DNA of 64,000 nucleotides from Elsinoe ampelina (Eukaryota), in the NCBI GenBank assembly GCA_010093995.1, contig ML992510.1:509504-573503 (forward strand). Reading direction: 5' to 3'. The position numbers were made by a program, and so were the translations under genes. Within the stretch, counting starts at the first letter, position 1. Each line of letters starts with the position of its first letter. The notes under the pieces are model-generated. The model searched no databases. It worked only from the letters and a program-made list of their open reading frames with translations, and was not told the origin of the DNA. This document shows positions 33,501 through 43,460 of this stretch, piece by piece.

Positions 33501-34744
33501 GCATGAAGACTGTCATTCGTCTCTTCGGCGAGGGCCAAGCTGGACTTCGAAGCCACGTCGAGCTTGAATGTCCTGCCCGAGACATCAACGACGTGGTTTA
33601 CTCTCCATTCGACGACAACATCCTCGCAGCCGGCAGCACCGACGGTAAAGTCTACGTCTGGGACATCCGATACACCAAAGTCAGCCAATCTCCCCACCGC
33701 GCCTTTTCCCACGGCTCCTGTCTCTCCGTCCTCCCCCACGAACGCAAACGCTGGGAAGCCGACACAGGCATCCGCTTCCTCTCCTTTGGCGCAACCCACA
33801 ACCGCCTCTACTCCGGCTCCTCCGACGGCATCGTCAAAGCCTGGGACCCCTACCTCTCCCCCACCAACCAACGCATGACCAACATCGCCACCTTCCCTTC
33901 AGCAATCATGTCGGGCGCTTTCAACAGCGACTCCACCTCCCTCCTGATAGGCGAGGACCGCTCCCGCCTCAACCTCCTCTCCATCGGCCGCGACGACATC
34001 CCCCTGCAACAAGCAGAACGCTTCTCCTTCCTCCCGGCCCCAGAACCCCCGCCTGTCCCGGAGCCACCAACGCACCACCACCTCCTCTCCTCAGGCCAGA
34101 TCGAGTACCAACACCACGGCGCCCTCCCCATCCGCCAAGCCGTGCAGGGGCCGAATTACATCCCGACCAAAACCCTGCTCACCCCGGCGGAAGCGCAGCT
34201 GCATCTTCGCGCGGCGGCGTTCCAGCGGGATCTGTTCAGGCAACGTAATCGGTGGAAGAAGATGCGCAAGGCGTACACGGGGGACGGGCCGAAGATCAAG
34301 CCCTGCGATTTAGGATGTGGTTTCTTGCCTCGAGGGGAGGAGGGAGGGGAGGTGGAGGACTCGAGAAGGGCGGAGGGGAGGATACCTGGTGTCTTGACCG
34401 GGAAGGCGAAGGAGGGGCTGGAGGCTGTGAGGGCGGGGTTAGTGGGGGTTTGTACCGGATGTGGCGGGAGGTGTCTCCCTGCCGAGAAGGAAGGGGAGGA
34501 GAGTAAGTGCGAGAGATGCGGGTTCGGGTGTTTCCGGTGCGGAGGGGAGGGGAGGGTGGATTTGGTGAGGGATGTGGTGGGGTGTGATGCTTGTGGGGTG
34601 GAGTGGGAGGTGGGTGTGTTGGGATATGAGGTGAGGGTTAACGAGGGGATGAAGAGTGGTAAGAAGTCGAGTTTCGGGGCGCCGGCTTGGGAGAGGGAGT
34701 TTGGGGATGAGGAGAGGGAGGGGCAGTTGGAGAAGGTGCTTTGA
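30551..34744 (+). CDS. Myb-like + WD40 (WDxR) protein, Raf1/Dos1 / DIM-9 (DCAF26)-like CUL4-DDB1 adaptor, with C-terminal Cys clusters
   Basis: 1397-aa intronless ORF. Myb-like YSEEDNRLL..W..I..YFPDRSQGSLQVHF; WD repeats including MQYNRPKNLLLG, GSTDGKVYVWDIR and YSGSSDGIVKAWD; several CxxC pairs at the C-terminus. Confidence 0.75.
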   Translation: MLTMAIQVINLISDDEAERAHRPAPPSNGLQRQQRPAFQSPRARPLQLERPVKAPTRPIHLDSSSDEDSTSNITNLWGLNETAKRRINPASDTAHTQSDIPKQPGPLPPSHQPQKLINGEYRPPLQHTREPPPAHSVPSADRDASYAIEQQRQSTHSTTSRSIPLTKGVPGLHTASSASAHAGDAAAPLRPFRRTSDSNQMQYVSDTTTHNRATERSIHGPNGSKTSARLPNLGAAPGMQLQQRPVQQPTGIPANRTWMMQGSEAPPSRLQLHQQAQASSLAAQRAIPSKDSPTEPTPRQVGNQTPIEIRMQSNGTTITATRTKYPSDTSRPQIIHSALPMAGQLPAPSPHVIDPQHHSLSPTVRTFRSSQRPKTEMTSPQVTTAMMHGSGAAQADAVINDTHASSDEDSIPARRPRPGTKNDTKVKPQSEAKKDDTKVISQRLDEINSRRPFGVAFDRPAAQKRQRSPSLPPLINTRLDQEDGDYQDEAPEQDIASESSASNSQPSQIQSRPIAEAVSKKRAMPAKFKPGGFQPYSEEDNRLLFQLRKLEVRPWSKIYPYFPDRSQGSLQVHFYTKVQHMKHFGKSDRQVPALVKRTSIREPVHVAPHQDSVPRTIGNPERMEEAPQVPARMSAIKGLRRRATGGSARRAPHVAQEEDPADEQEAQYRLAPEAQFLQSCRHRELGTGNNRSRSAAFTKLAISNIAYTSLGPSKYIDDASGDVATVSWSPNDKFFAGGAVVLSDTNSMQYNRPKNLLLGDHTGTVRELPDHHVQRPLVKKGVNASHSMRESQDPRLFTTVQMVAFSPDNERLHAVSMDGKLSSYLLREGVSETTLEGIYQHDTQVDLLTVSQTNGLIATGERSSTAQSIRILRTNIGDAPRLEHAIGSKNASSGLPMYPSALKWGVAPHQSRYILAGFAQEKQLLYADDDAVDIEGESCLIDCETGHRIDFGYNRNVFDVAWNPQLGHSAFAVASVGFGKLNFGMKTVIRLFGEGQAGLRSHVELECPARDINDVVYSPFDDNILAAGSTDGKVYVWDIRYTKVSQSPHRAFSHGSCLSVLPHERKRWEADTGIRFLSFGATHNRLYSGSSDGIVKAWDPYLSPTNQRMTNIATFPSAIMSGAFNSDSTSLLIGEDRSRLNLLSIGRDDIPLQQAERFSFLPAPEPPPVPEPPTHHHLLSSGQIEYQHHGALPIRQAVQGPNYIPTKTLLTPAEAQLHLRAAAFQRDLFRQRNRWKKMRKAYTGDGPKIKPCDLGCGFLPRGEEGGEVEDSRRAEGRIPGVLTGKAKEGLEAVRAGLVGVCTGCGGRCLPAEKEGEESKCERCGFGCFRCGGEGRVDLVRDVVGCDACGVEWEVGVLGYEVRVNEGMKSGKKSSFGAPAWEREFGDEEREGQLEKVL
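33600..34740. other. C-rich to G-rich skew switch D (midpoint ~34200), WD40/epimerase convergent junction
   Basis: Nearly all C-ending codons at 33600-34150, then G-rich at 34330-34740. Confidence 0.85.
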
Positions 34745-34811
34745 TACCCTTTTTATACTTGGTGGTGGCTATGTACGACTAGATGGACTTTCAATGATGA
34801 GGCATGGTCGA

Positions 34812-35834
34812 TCATGGCTTGTAGTACATCCTCCAGTCGTGCTGTTGCTTGAAGCCGAGCACTTCTCTGATCTTTCTGTTGCTCAGAGGGCCTTCGAATT
34901 CGCCCATTTCTCGGGTGATTTTTGTGTTTGGCGTCGCTTTCTTCAGGAACTCGACGGTGGGGGTGGTCGTTGTGATATTGTCGTTTGTGGCGTTGAAGAT
35001 CTGGAAACCGAGTCCGCTCTTCTGGATGCACAAGTCGCAAATCTGCCCCAAGTCACGGGCGTCGATGTAGCTCCATGCGTTACGCTTGCGCGTCTCAGGC
35101 TGCCCGACGTGCTTGGGAAAGTCCTGCTCGTACTCATGCGGCTCGATGACGTTACCGATGCGGAGAGCGTAGATGTCGTTGCCGTAGCGGCGGGCGAATG
35201 TGCGAGCTGCTTTCTCGCCACAGATCTTGCTGAGCGCGTACGAGTCCATCGGATCGACGTCGTAGTCTTCCTCGAGTGGCCATTGGTGGTAGTCGGCGTC
35301 GCCTTGGGCGAAGCACACGCCATAGGTAGTCTCGGAACTCGCGACCATTATCTTTTTGACGCCGAGCTTGGACGCAGCTTCAACGATGTTGTAGGTCGAG
35401 GTGACGTTGGCTGTGAAGCAGGTGTTGTCTGGGACGATCATGTTGCGAGCGTAAGCGGCAAAGTGGATGACTACATCAGGTGGTCCTGGTGGAGTTGGAC
35501 CTTCATAGCCAGCAAAATCGAAATGCGTGGTCATTGCGTTGAATACCTGACCAGAGTCGGTCAGGTCGGTGATGAGGGTAAAGACCTTGCCTTCTGGATC
35601 GTGCGACTTGGGAAATGGAGCGAGATCGAGATTGAGGACAGAGTGACCTTTGGAGAGTAGGTATGGAATGACATGGCGGCCAGCTTTACCAGATCCACCT
35701 GTGAATACAATTCGCTTACCGCCTGAGGCGGGGGCTGTAGTTGAAGCCATTCTGGTTCTGCTATGGGTTGCGAAAGGGAATTGGACTGTCCTTTTTGCTG
35801 TACGATTGAAGAGTTTGAGAAAAGAAGAAGACAT
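34812..35834 (-). CDS. NAD-dependent epimerase/dehydratase (extended SDR)
   Basis: Rossmann motif TGGSGKAG, VIHFAA, ASSETTYG, catalytic YALSK, YIDARD; intronless. Confidence 0.9.
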   Translation of the reverse strand: MSSSFLKLFNRTAKRTVQFPFATHSRTRMASTTAPASGGKRIVFTGGSGKAGRHVIPYLLSKGHSVLNLDLAPFPKSHDPEGKVFTLITDLTDSGQVFNAMTTHFDFAGYEGPTPPGPPDVVIHFAAYARNMIVPDNTCFTANVTSTYNIVEAASKLGVKKIMVASSETTYGVCFAQGDADYHQWPLEEDYDVDPMDSYALSKICGEKAARTFARRYGNDIYALRIGNVIEPHEYEQDFPKHVGQPETRKRNAWSYIDARDLGQICDLCIQKSGLGFQIFNATNDNITTTTPTVEFLKKATPNTKITREMGEFEGPLSNRKIREVLGFKQQHDWRMYYKP

Positions 35835-35985
35835 GAAAATAATGTGCGAACGGACTTACGGCATTTCTAAACTCAATTACTTACCATTGACCAGCAAGAC
35901 ACTTGCCAGTCGTGGTGTAGTTGAGGAGATCGTGGTATCGGGAGTTGGAGATCGTCGTCACAATGAGATCTCACTCGATGCGGGG

Positions 35986-36031
35986 TGACGTCATTTGTGG
36001 ACCTCTCCAGACGCATTGAACCCTAACCCTA
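35986..36031. promoter_or_regulatory. CRE palindrome (TGACGTCA) and telobox-like AACCCTAACCCTA in a 304-bp bidirectional promoter
   Basis: TGACGTCA at 35986-35993 and AACCCTAACCCTA at 36019-36031, between divergent ATGs at 35834 and 36139. Confidence 0.4.
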
Positions 36032-36138
36032 GATGATCCGCCTTCCTGCCCTTTTCCGTAGCCAGCGACCAGACATCCTCCAAACAATTCTGGGCCGTTC
36101 CATGTGATATACACAACATCATCAGTCCAATAGAGTTG

Positions 36139-37086
36139 ATGCGCTCGATAGCAGCGAATCGCATCAAGCTTTGGCGACATGTATCGATAGCAGTGAGAGC
36201 TTCGACCGGGCCGGCGGCTGGTAGAGATTATCACATCTTCAAGAGAGGGTTTGCAAAGGTTGAGGTCGGCAAGCAAAACTTGTTCGATGTTCATGGAAGG
36301 CACGATACCATTCTTTCGACAAACAAGTCAGAAGCCAAGGGTGATAGACCTCCCCCGGACGAGCGGACATTGAAGCTCGGCAAGAGTATGTGGAGCATCA
36401 CAAGTCGGACAGCAGAGTCAGGTACTAACACTGCTACAGCTATCAGAACTCTGCATGAGCGACTACCCACCTTACTCGCTTCGCCGTTGCCACAGGAGCT
36501 CTTGTCACCAAACATTTCTCTCCATCTGTTTCCGTCAACACATCCGCACCTCCCGACAGTGACTGGTCGGATACCATACACTGGAGCTCTCTGGACTGCC
36601 CCAGTCGCGTGGGGTCGCCTACCGGTAGTTGGCAACGTGAAGCTCATCATACTATCCGAACGCATGGTGCGAAACGGAGGGACTGCAGTCTCCCATGATT
36701 GCAGAGACGAGAAGCTCATTGTGAAGTGGAAGACTTGCGGCAAGTCGAAAGAGAATGGTGGCAAGATCTATCGCGGCATATCGGCATCCGAGCAAGTTGA
36801 TCGATTGACACGCATGCTGAAGGGGGAGGGCACGGATGAGGAGTTCTGCGGCATGTTCATTTTTGAATTCGACGAAGAAGGTCGCATACAAAAGCACACT
36901 ATTGAGCACGCGGAAAACGGCGGCGACTGCGATCGGATGAACAAGGTTGTAAGTGTTACGGATTGGTTGTTAGGCAAGGCGCCATGGAGACGGAAGGACG
37001 AAATGATACCCGGACTAGCTTTTTGCGAGGTCCATCGAGATAGACGGGAGCATCTTCAGAACCATGGGAATGGTCGGGGGAGGTGA
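36139..37086 (+). CDS. Conserved fungal protein, likely mitochondrial (possibly DUF2358/C6orf136-like); 2 exons
   Basis: Arg-rich presequence-like N-terminus; PPDERTLKLGK|TIRTLHERLP, LHLFPSTHPHLPTV, FCGMFIFEFDEEGRI. In-frame intron 36386-36439 (gtatgt..ctaac..cag). Confidence 0.7.
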   Translation: MRSIAANRIKLWRHVSIAVRASTGPAAGRDYHIFKRGFAKVEVGKQNLFDVHGRHDTILSTNKSEAKGDRPPPDERTLKLGKSMWSITSRTAESGTNTATAIRTLHERLPTLLASPLPQELLSPNISLHLFPSTHPHLPTVTGRIPYTGALWTAPVAWGRLPVVGNVKLIILSERMVRNGGTAVSHDCRDEKLIVKWKTCGKSKENGGKIYRGISASEQVDRLTRMLKGEGTDEEFCGMFIFEFDEEGRIQKHTIEHAENGGDCDRMNKVVSVTDWLLGKAPWRRKDEMIPGLAFCEVHRDRREHLQNHGNGRGR

Positions 37087-37530
37087 TCCCTGCTGCAGAC
37101 TTGGAGGTGGCTCCGGGAGGCGAGTGGATTGTCGACGCAACTGTACATATTATTGTAGAATCACCTCTCATAACGAGTAACGAAGACACACAAATTTCAC
37201 TTCTGATAGCCTCCTGTGGAGGTCATGTTAAGCTCTCGAGGTGCAAATATAAAACATGAAGCTGGCGGAAGGTTGGAAGATGTCATGCGCATCTCGACAT
37301 GGCCCAAGCTTGGACATTGTGAAATGAGCTCCGTCTCCAGATCACCACATCTCCCCCCCATCTCCGACAATGCTAATTGAAATGTACTTATAGCAATCGC
37401 TAGCATATATTGTGTTGTTTCATTCCATCCGGATCCTACCAGCCTCGGATCCACCGATTTCACTCTCGACCAAAGCCAAGGCAGCATCGACTCAGTCGCC
37501 GAGTCTTGACACCGAAGCGCATTGCACAAT

Positions 37531-40500
37531 ATGGCGGACTCTGGAGATATGAGTGAGCAGTACGAGAATTGCTGATAGGAATGCTCGATTGACAAGTGAC
37601 CAGATCCTCCGGTGCTCAACCTGACCGCGGACGAGAAGCGCGTCTTCAGCCAGCTCTTCCAACAAGCAGACACGGATCGCCTTGGCGTAGTCACTGGCGA
37701 GGTCGCAGTCAAGTTCTTCGAGAAGACGAAGCTCGCACCCAATGTACTCGGCGAGGTAGGCTCCACGGCAGTGTTCCTATGGCAGGCTGGCTCACAACAA
37801 TGGACAGATCTGGCAATTGGCGGATACCGAGAATCGCGGACTGCTCACCAAAGCAGGCTTCTGCGTTGCTCTGCGACTTATAGCACATTACCAAGCTGGT
37901 CGCGACCCGACACCAGAGCTTGCCTTCAAGCGTATGTGGTCCTCTGGATGGTAGATCAGTGCTAACACCCATTCAGCCGGCGGGATACCCAAGTTCGACG
38001 GTGTCAATCTAGCTCCCACTTCGCCAGCAGTAGCCAATGCCCCTCCAAACCCACTCCAAGCTCAAGGCAGTGGAATTCGGATACCGCCGATCGTGCCGGA
38101 GAAGGCAGCGCAATACTCTGGACTCTTTGAGCGATCAGGAGCCCAGAGCGGTCTTTTGTCAGGTACGTGCAAGGCTCCGGCATCCCCTCAGGCCGGGTGA
38201 CTGATCTTTCCTAGGTGAATCCGCGCGGGCAATCTTTGAACGAGCTGGTCTACCAAACGAGATACTCGGCCGAATATGGGGTCTCGCAGATCGAGAGCAA
38301 AAGGGAGCTTTGGACATCACGGAATTCATCATTGCAATGCATTTGATCACCTCGTTCAAGAGCAGAACCATGACTGCGCTTCCATCTGCACTTCCTCCAG
38401 GATTGTACGAGGCCGCTCAGAGAAGAGGACAACCCGGACCACGACCACAAGGACCACCGAGTGCTGTGTCAAGGCAGTTCACAGGCCCACAGAGAACTTC
38501 AAGTCCACTGGCAAGACCACCATACAGTACTGCACCATCGCAGGTGCCACAAACCACAAGCTCAAATTGGCTCATAACACCGCAAGAGAAGGCCAAATAC
38601 GATCAATTTTTTGACAACATCGATACAAACAGATCAGGCTTCTTGACAGGTGAACAAGCAGTCAAGTTCTTCGGTGATTCTGGTCTGTCAGAAGAAATCC
38701 TGGCTTCGATATGGGATCTGGCAGACATCCGATCGGAAGGACAATTAAACAGAGATGAGTTCGCGGTCGCCATGTATCTGATAAGACAGTCACGTAGCGG
38801 CACATCTTTGCCAGCTTTCCTGCCTGCAGCTCTGGTACCCCCAGCCATGCGGAACCAGCAAGGACAATCGCAGCCGCCTTCGGTCTCTACGGCACCCAAC
38901 TTTGAAGCTGCAGCGAACAGTTCGCCTCAATTGCCAAAGTCTGCCGCGGATGATCTTTTTGGATTGGACTCTTCTCCGGTAAAGGCTGCACCAACACAGA
39001 CGATACAGACAACAGGTGGATCGGCTGCAGGAAAGAGTCCCTTTGACACCGACCCCTTCTCGAATGATAAAGCTCCCCCATTCACTCCACAATTCACTGG
39101 ACCGTCAGGACCTTCCAGCGTGTTCAAGCCATTTCAGCCTACATCTGCTTTTGGTGCAAGTCTTGCAGTACAGAACACGGGCGGAAGTGCCACTTCTTCA
39201 CAGCCACAAGCTCGGAGTCCGCAAATTGCTCAGCAAGCTGCCAATGACGATCTTCTCGGTGACAACGATGAAGAACAGAGCAGGAAACTGTCGGGAGATA
39301 CCGCTGAGCTGGCCAACATGTCTAGTCAGATTGGTAACTTGAGGACTCAAATGCAAGATGTGCAGAGTAAGAGGTCCACCAACGAACGAGATGTGGCAAA
39401 CACAAATTCGCAGAAGCAAGAGCTGCAACAACGTCTCGCCCAATTTCGATCCCAATACGAGCAAGAGGTGCAGACCGTCAAGTCACTGGAGCAACAATTG
39501 GCATCTTCACGGACTGAAACCCGCAAGCTGCAACAAGAATTAGCTATGCTCGAAGGTTCGCATCAAGATTTGCAAAGTCAACATGCGCAGATCTCCCAAG
39601 CTCTTGAAGCTGACCGGAACGAGAATGGTAATCTCAAAACTCGCATTAGCCAGCTTAACACAGAGATATCCCAGCTCCGACCGCAGATTGACAAGATGAA
39701 ATCCGAGGCAAGACAACAGAAAGGCATGGTGGCCATCAATAAGAAACAACTGACAACCAATGAAGGTGAGCGAGACAAGCTCAACAATGAATTGAGTGAT
39801 CTGCAAAAGTCGCATGAGCTTGAGCAGGCACGAAGTGTAACAGCATCACCTACGCCAGCATCTTCAGTAGCGAGTCCTGCTCCTTCTGTCAATACCAATC
39901 CATTCTTCAGGAAGCCGTCTGGACCAGCACCTGTTGAGAATGTCCCGTCAGGTGTGCAATCCCCGACCACTGGTTTCCTTGCTGGAGCGCCAAGTCCGAG
40001 TGCATTCGATGCACTATTCGGTCCTCCAGCGTCAAAGTCGCACACGCCGCCACCTGTTTCGTTCAACAGGTCTGATGCAGAACAAAGTCGATCGATTTCT
40101 TCTGGGAGGCCAACACCGACTGCGTCACCGCCACCTGTCATTCGGAGCCTGAGTCCGTCAGGCGGCGAAGCACCACCTCCACCAGAGTCAAGGCAATTCA
40201 CCCCAGGAATGCTTCCAATTCACTCGACAGGCTCAGGTTCAGGGTCAGTCACGTCTTCCACGAAGGCGGTACCACCCGCTAGTGCGATTGATGCAGTGTC
40301 GACAAACAATACTGGACCATCAGTCACAAGCTCTCGTGGATTTGGGTCATCCCCTTTTGATGAAGATGCACCCTCGGGCATATCAACATCTGCCCCGAAC
40401 AATGAAGCTCAAAGACCAGGCATGATCGGAAATCCTTCTGTGTTGTCACTGTCGAAAGACGCGATTCCAGGTGCATTCCCCGATGATGGCTCACCTCAGA

Positions 40501-41779
40501 AAGCGCCTACACAAGCAGTACCCGCTTCCAACACTGACTTCGATGCTGCGTTCGCTGATTTTGGCAAGCCCGCTGCGTCCAATGATGGTAATGCCGATGT
40601 GTTTGGCCCCCGTGGAGCAACGTCCAAGGCAGATGAGCAGTTCTACCCAATGACGGAGCCAGCGGATGACAGCTCCAGCGATGACGAGGATGAAGGAGGG
40701 TTTGATGATAACTTTGGCACGCCCACACCAAAAGCCAATGGGGCTGCGATTACAGAAAGACCTGCCACTGAAGACACAGCTCGCGCACACCCTCCACCAG
40801 CGATCCAAACGACTAGCGAGCCTCCTCCGCCTGAAGATGCCCAACAGTCACCGCCACCTTATGCACCCAAGTCGAATGGCAAGGCCAACTTCCCGGATGA
40901 ATTTGATGGTCTGCTTCCCGCACGTGAAGACCCGACGGCATCACCTCACCTACATTCCGTACCATCAAATCCAGCTCACGCCTCGACCCCAAGTGGTGGC
41001 TCATCGATGTTCCCCGGTAGCGCCACCAGTGACGTCTTTCAAGATGCCTCCTCTCGGCCTTTAAGCACTTGGGACGATACTCCGGCTGGCCCCACACCAG
41101 CCTCTGCTCCACCCAAGTCGTCAAACGCTTTTGACGAATTCGATGACTTTGCCGACCTCTCGGAAGCCAAAGCCGCGGATGACAGCTCCAAATTCGATTT
41201 CCCTGACAACCAAAGCGATGCCGAATTCAACCCCATGTTCGACTCTCCAGCTGCTAGCATGACCACAGCAGGTATGGCAAGCAGCCAGCAAACCCCACAG
41301 CCCGCACAAAGCAATGGCTTCTCCGACTTTGGCCGATCAGACATCGACTCTGCCTTCGCCGCGCGCAGTGGTAGCGGCAACACCAGTGCTACTGGACAAG
41401 GTAGCCACGACTGGGACGCCATCTTTTCTGGTTTAGACACGAGTGCACAAGCCCCATCCAAGACACTCGCTAGTCCGGAAGTGGGTTCTTCGACACGGCA
41501 GCCGGACGAGAGCGTGACGCCCAAAGCCACAAGTCCGACGGCGGCGACGGGCATGAGTCTCAGCCGACCGGACGTGGAGCGGACAATGAGCGAGAGCAGC
41601 GAGCATGACGATCCGATACTGAAGAGGTTGACGGGCATGGGTTACACGAGGCAGAAAGCACTGGATGCGTTGGAGAAGTATGATTATGATATCAACAAGG
41701 TATGTCTCTGCGACTTTGTGATACTGGACTGGAATGCTGATGAGATTAGGCTGTCGATCATCTTACTAGTAGCGCTTAG
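37531..41779 (+). CDS. EDE1: Ede1/Eps15-like endocytic scaffold (3 EH domains, coiled coil, UBA); 6 exons
   Basis: EH motifs (LGEIWQLAD, LGRIWGLAD, LASIWDLAD), coiled coil, NPF/DPF motifs, UBA LTGMGYTRQKALDALEKYDYDINK|AVDHL. Introns 37553-37603, 37756-37807, 37932-37976, 38163-38214 and 41700-41749. Confidence 0.93.
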
Positions 41780-42092
41780 AAGGCCGAATTTGTAGCTGCA
41801 CAAATGTGGATGGGCACTGGGGTGGATGTTGAGGTGTGGTTGGGGCGGTGCGAGGGAGGCTGAAGTTGCGGCATTGACCTCCGGGATGATCGGGTTGATG
41901 GATTTGGGGGGTGTGATGATGGAGGCGGGGAAAAGAGATGTGGTAATGGTCACGATCAAGATAGCATGAAGGGTCGTGGACGGACCAAACTGGTCACTGT
42001 ACAGCTGTAGCGTCATCTATATTAGCGGTCATTGTGTTCCTACGTGTGTTGCATCGCTGTGCAAGTGAAGTATCTTGGCTGTTTAGTATCTC

Positions 42093-42268
42093 CAACAGCC
42101 ACATCCAGTATATGGAGATTGGGATGCTTCAGATGTTGACCAGGTAAGATGGTGAAAGGGTGAACCTTCCCATACAAGCGCTGCCTGTTTCTGTAGCAGC
42201 TTGCTTCGTTCGCTGAAAACTAGACAGCTCTCGAGAACCAGATCGTCGACTGAACGAGGGACCAGAGC
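42093..42268. repeat. Dispersed ~175 bp repeat, copy 2 (partner at 7631-7803), same orientation
   Basis: See copy 1; lies between the converging 3' ends of EDE1 and GPI13. Confidence 0.9.
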
Positions 42269-42299
42269 TAGCGACGAGTCCCTCGATCATACCGTCAAG

Positions 42300-43460
42300 A
42301 AGTCTTCCCTCTCCCTCTCGCCATCCAACCCACACTCCTCCACCCTGAGGTGACTCGACCACATCCACCGTCCAACCTCATCCACATCCTCATCACCCCC
42401 ACCCAAACACCTCCCCCACACTCCCCACCGCCCACCTCACACCCACCAACCCCACCACCGTCCCAAAAACACCGGCCACCCCCAACCCCCCCACCGCCAA
42501 CAACATCCTCGGCATAAAAATCCTGAACAACATCAAATGCCTCCTCAACCAACTCGCCTCCACAGCCGTCGCCAGCGCGACAGCAGAGTACACCGCGAGA
42601 AACGTGGCCAAATCCCGGGCCACGCCGTCCAGGATCTCCCCCCCCTTCGTGCGGGGGGGGATCTTCCACGTCTTGACGGCCGGGACGGCGACGGCGCAGA
42701 GCACGACGGGGGCGAAGAAATTGAGCGTCACGAGGAGGGGGGACCAGGGGTAGCGGACGGCGGTCAGGGGGATGAAGGCGCTCTCCCATTGGATGGAGCT
42801 GAGGGTGGCCGAGTGGCCTGTTTTGAAAAAGTGGAAGTTGCCGAGCAGGGCGAGGAGGACGGGGCCGAGCGGGGAGGAGCGCAGGTCGAGGGCGTCGAGG
42901 GTTTCGAGGAGGGAGAGGATGGAGAGGAGGAGTAGGGAGAGGGGGAGGTGGCCCATTGGTTTGGTGAGCAGGAGGATGGGGAGGATCCAGATTGTTGCGA
43001 GGAGGAAGGTGCGGGTGCCGTGGGTGTTGGAGTAGCCGTAGATGAGGATTTGGGGTCTGGGGGCGGCAGGGGTGGGGGCGAGGGAGGTGAAGATTTCGGA
43101 GGTGGGGTCGGAGGGGTCGACGGGGGCGGAGGTGGTGGTTTGTGGGGAAGGGGCGGCGGGGGCGGCGCGTTCTTCGACGCTGATGAAGGGGGAGGCCCAG
43201 ACGTAGGTGCTGTAGCCTGCTGCGTAGGAGAGGGCGAGGACGATTTGCGCGATAAGGACGCGGGTTGATTTGAGAGTTGAGGGGAGGAGGGAGGGGAACC
43301 ATCCGTTGTCGTCGGCCGAGTCGAGGAGCCAGTAAAGGGCTGTTAGGGTGAGACCGATGCGGAGGGCTATGCCAATCCAGATGATGGCTGAGCCATGGTA
43401 GTTTTGGGAGCGGATGAAGAAGTCGCGGATTGCGCTTGGGAGGAGGGCGGAGACGACGAA
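42300..43460. other. C-rich to G-rich skew switch E (midpoint ~42620), EDE1/GPI13 convergent junction
   Basis: C/A tracts at 42300-42560 and G tracts at 42650-43460. Confidence 0.85.

Noticed and set aside
37142..37149. TGTACATA Puf-binding-like element in a 3' UTR
   Set aside because: A single 8-mer; the same word also occurs in non-3'UTR positions in the window, so it is not distinguishable from chance.
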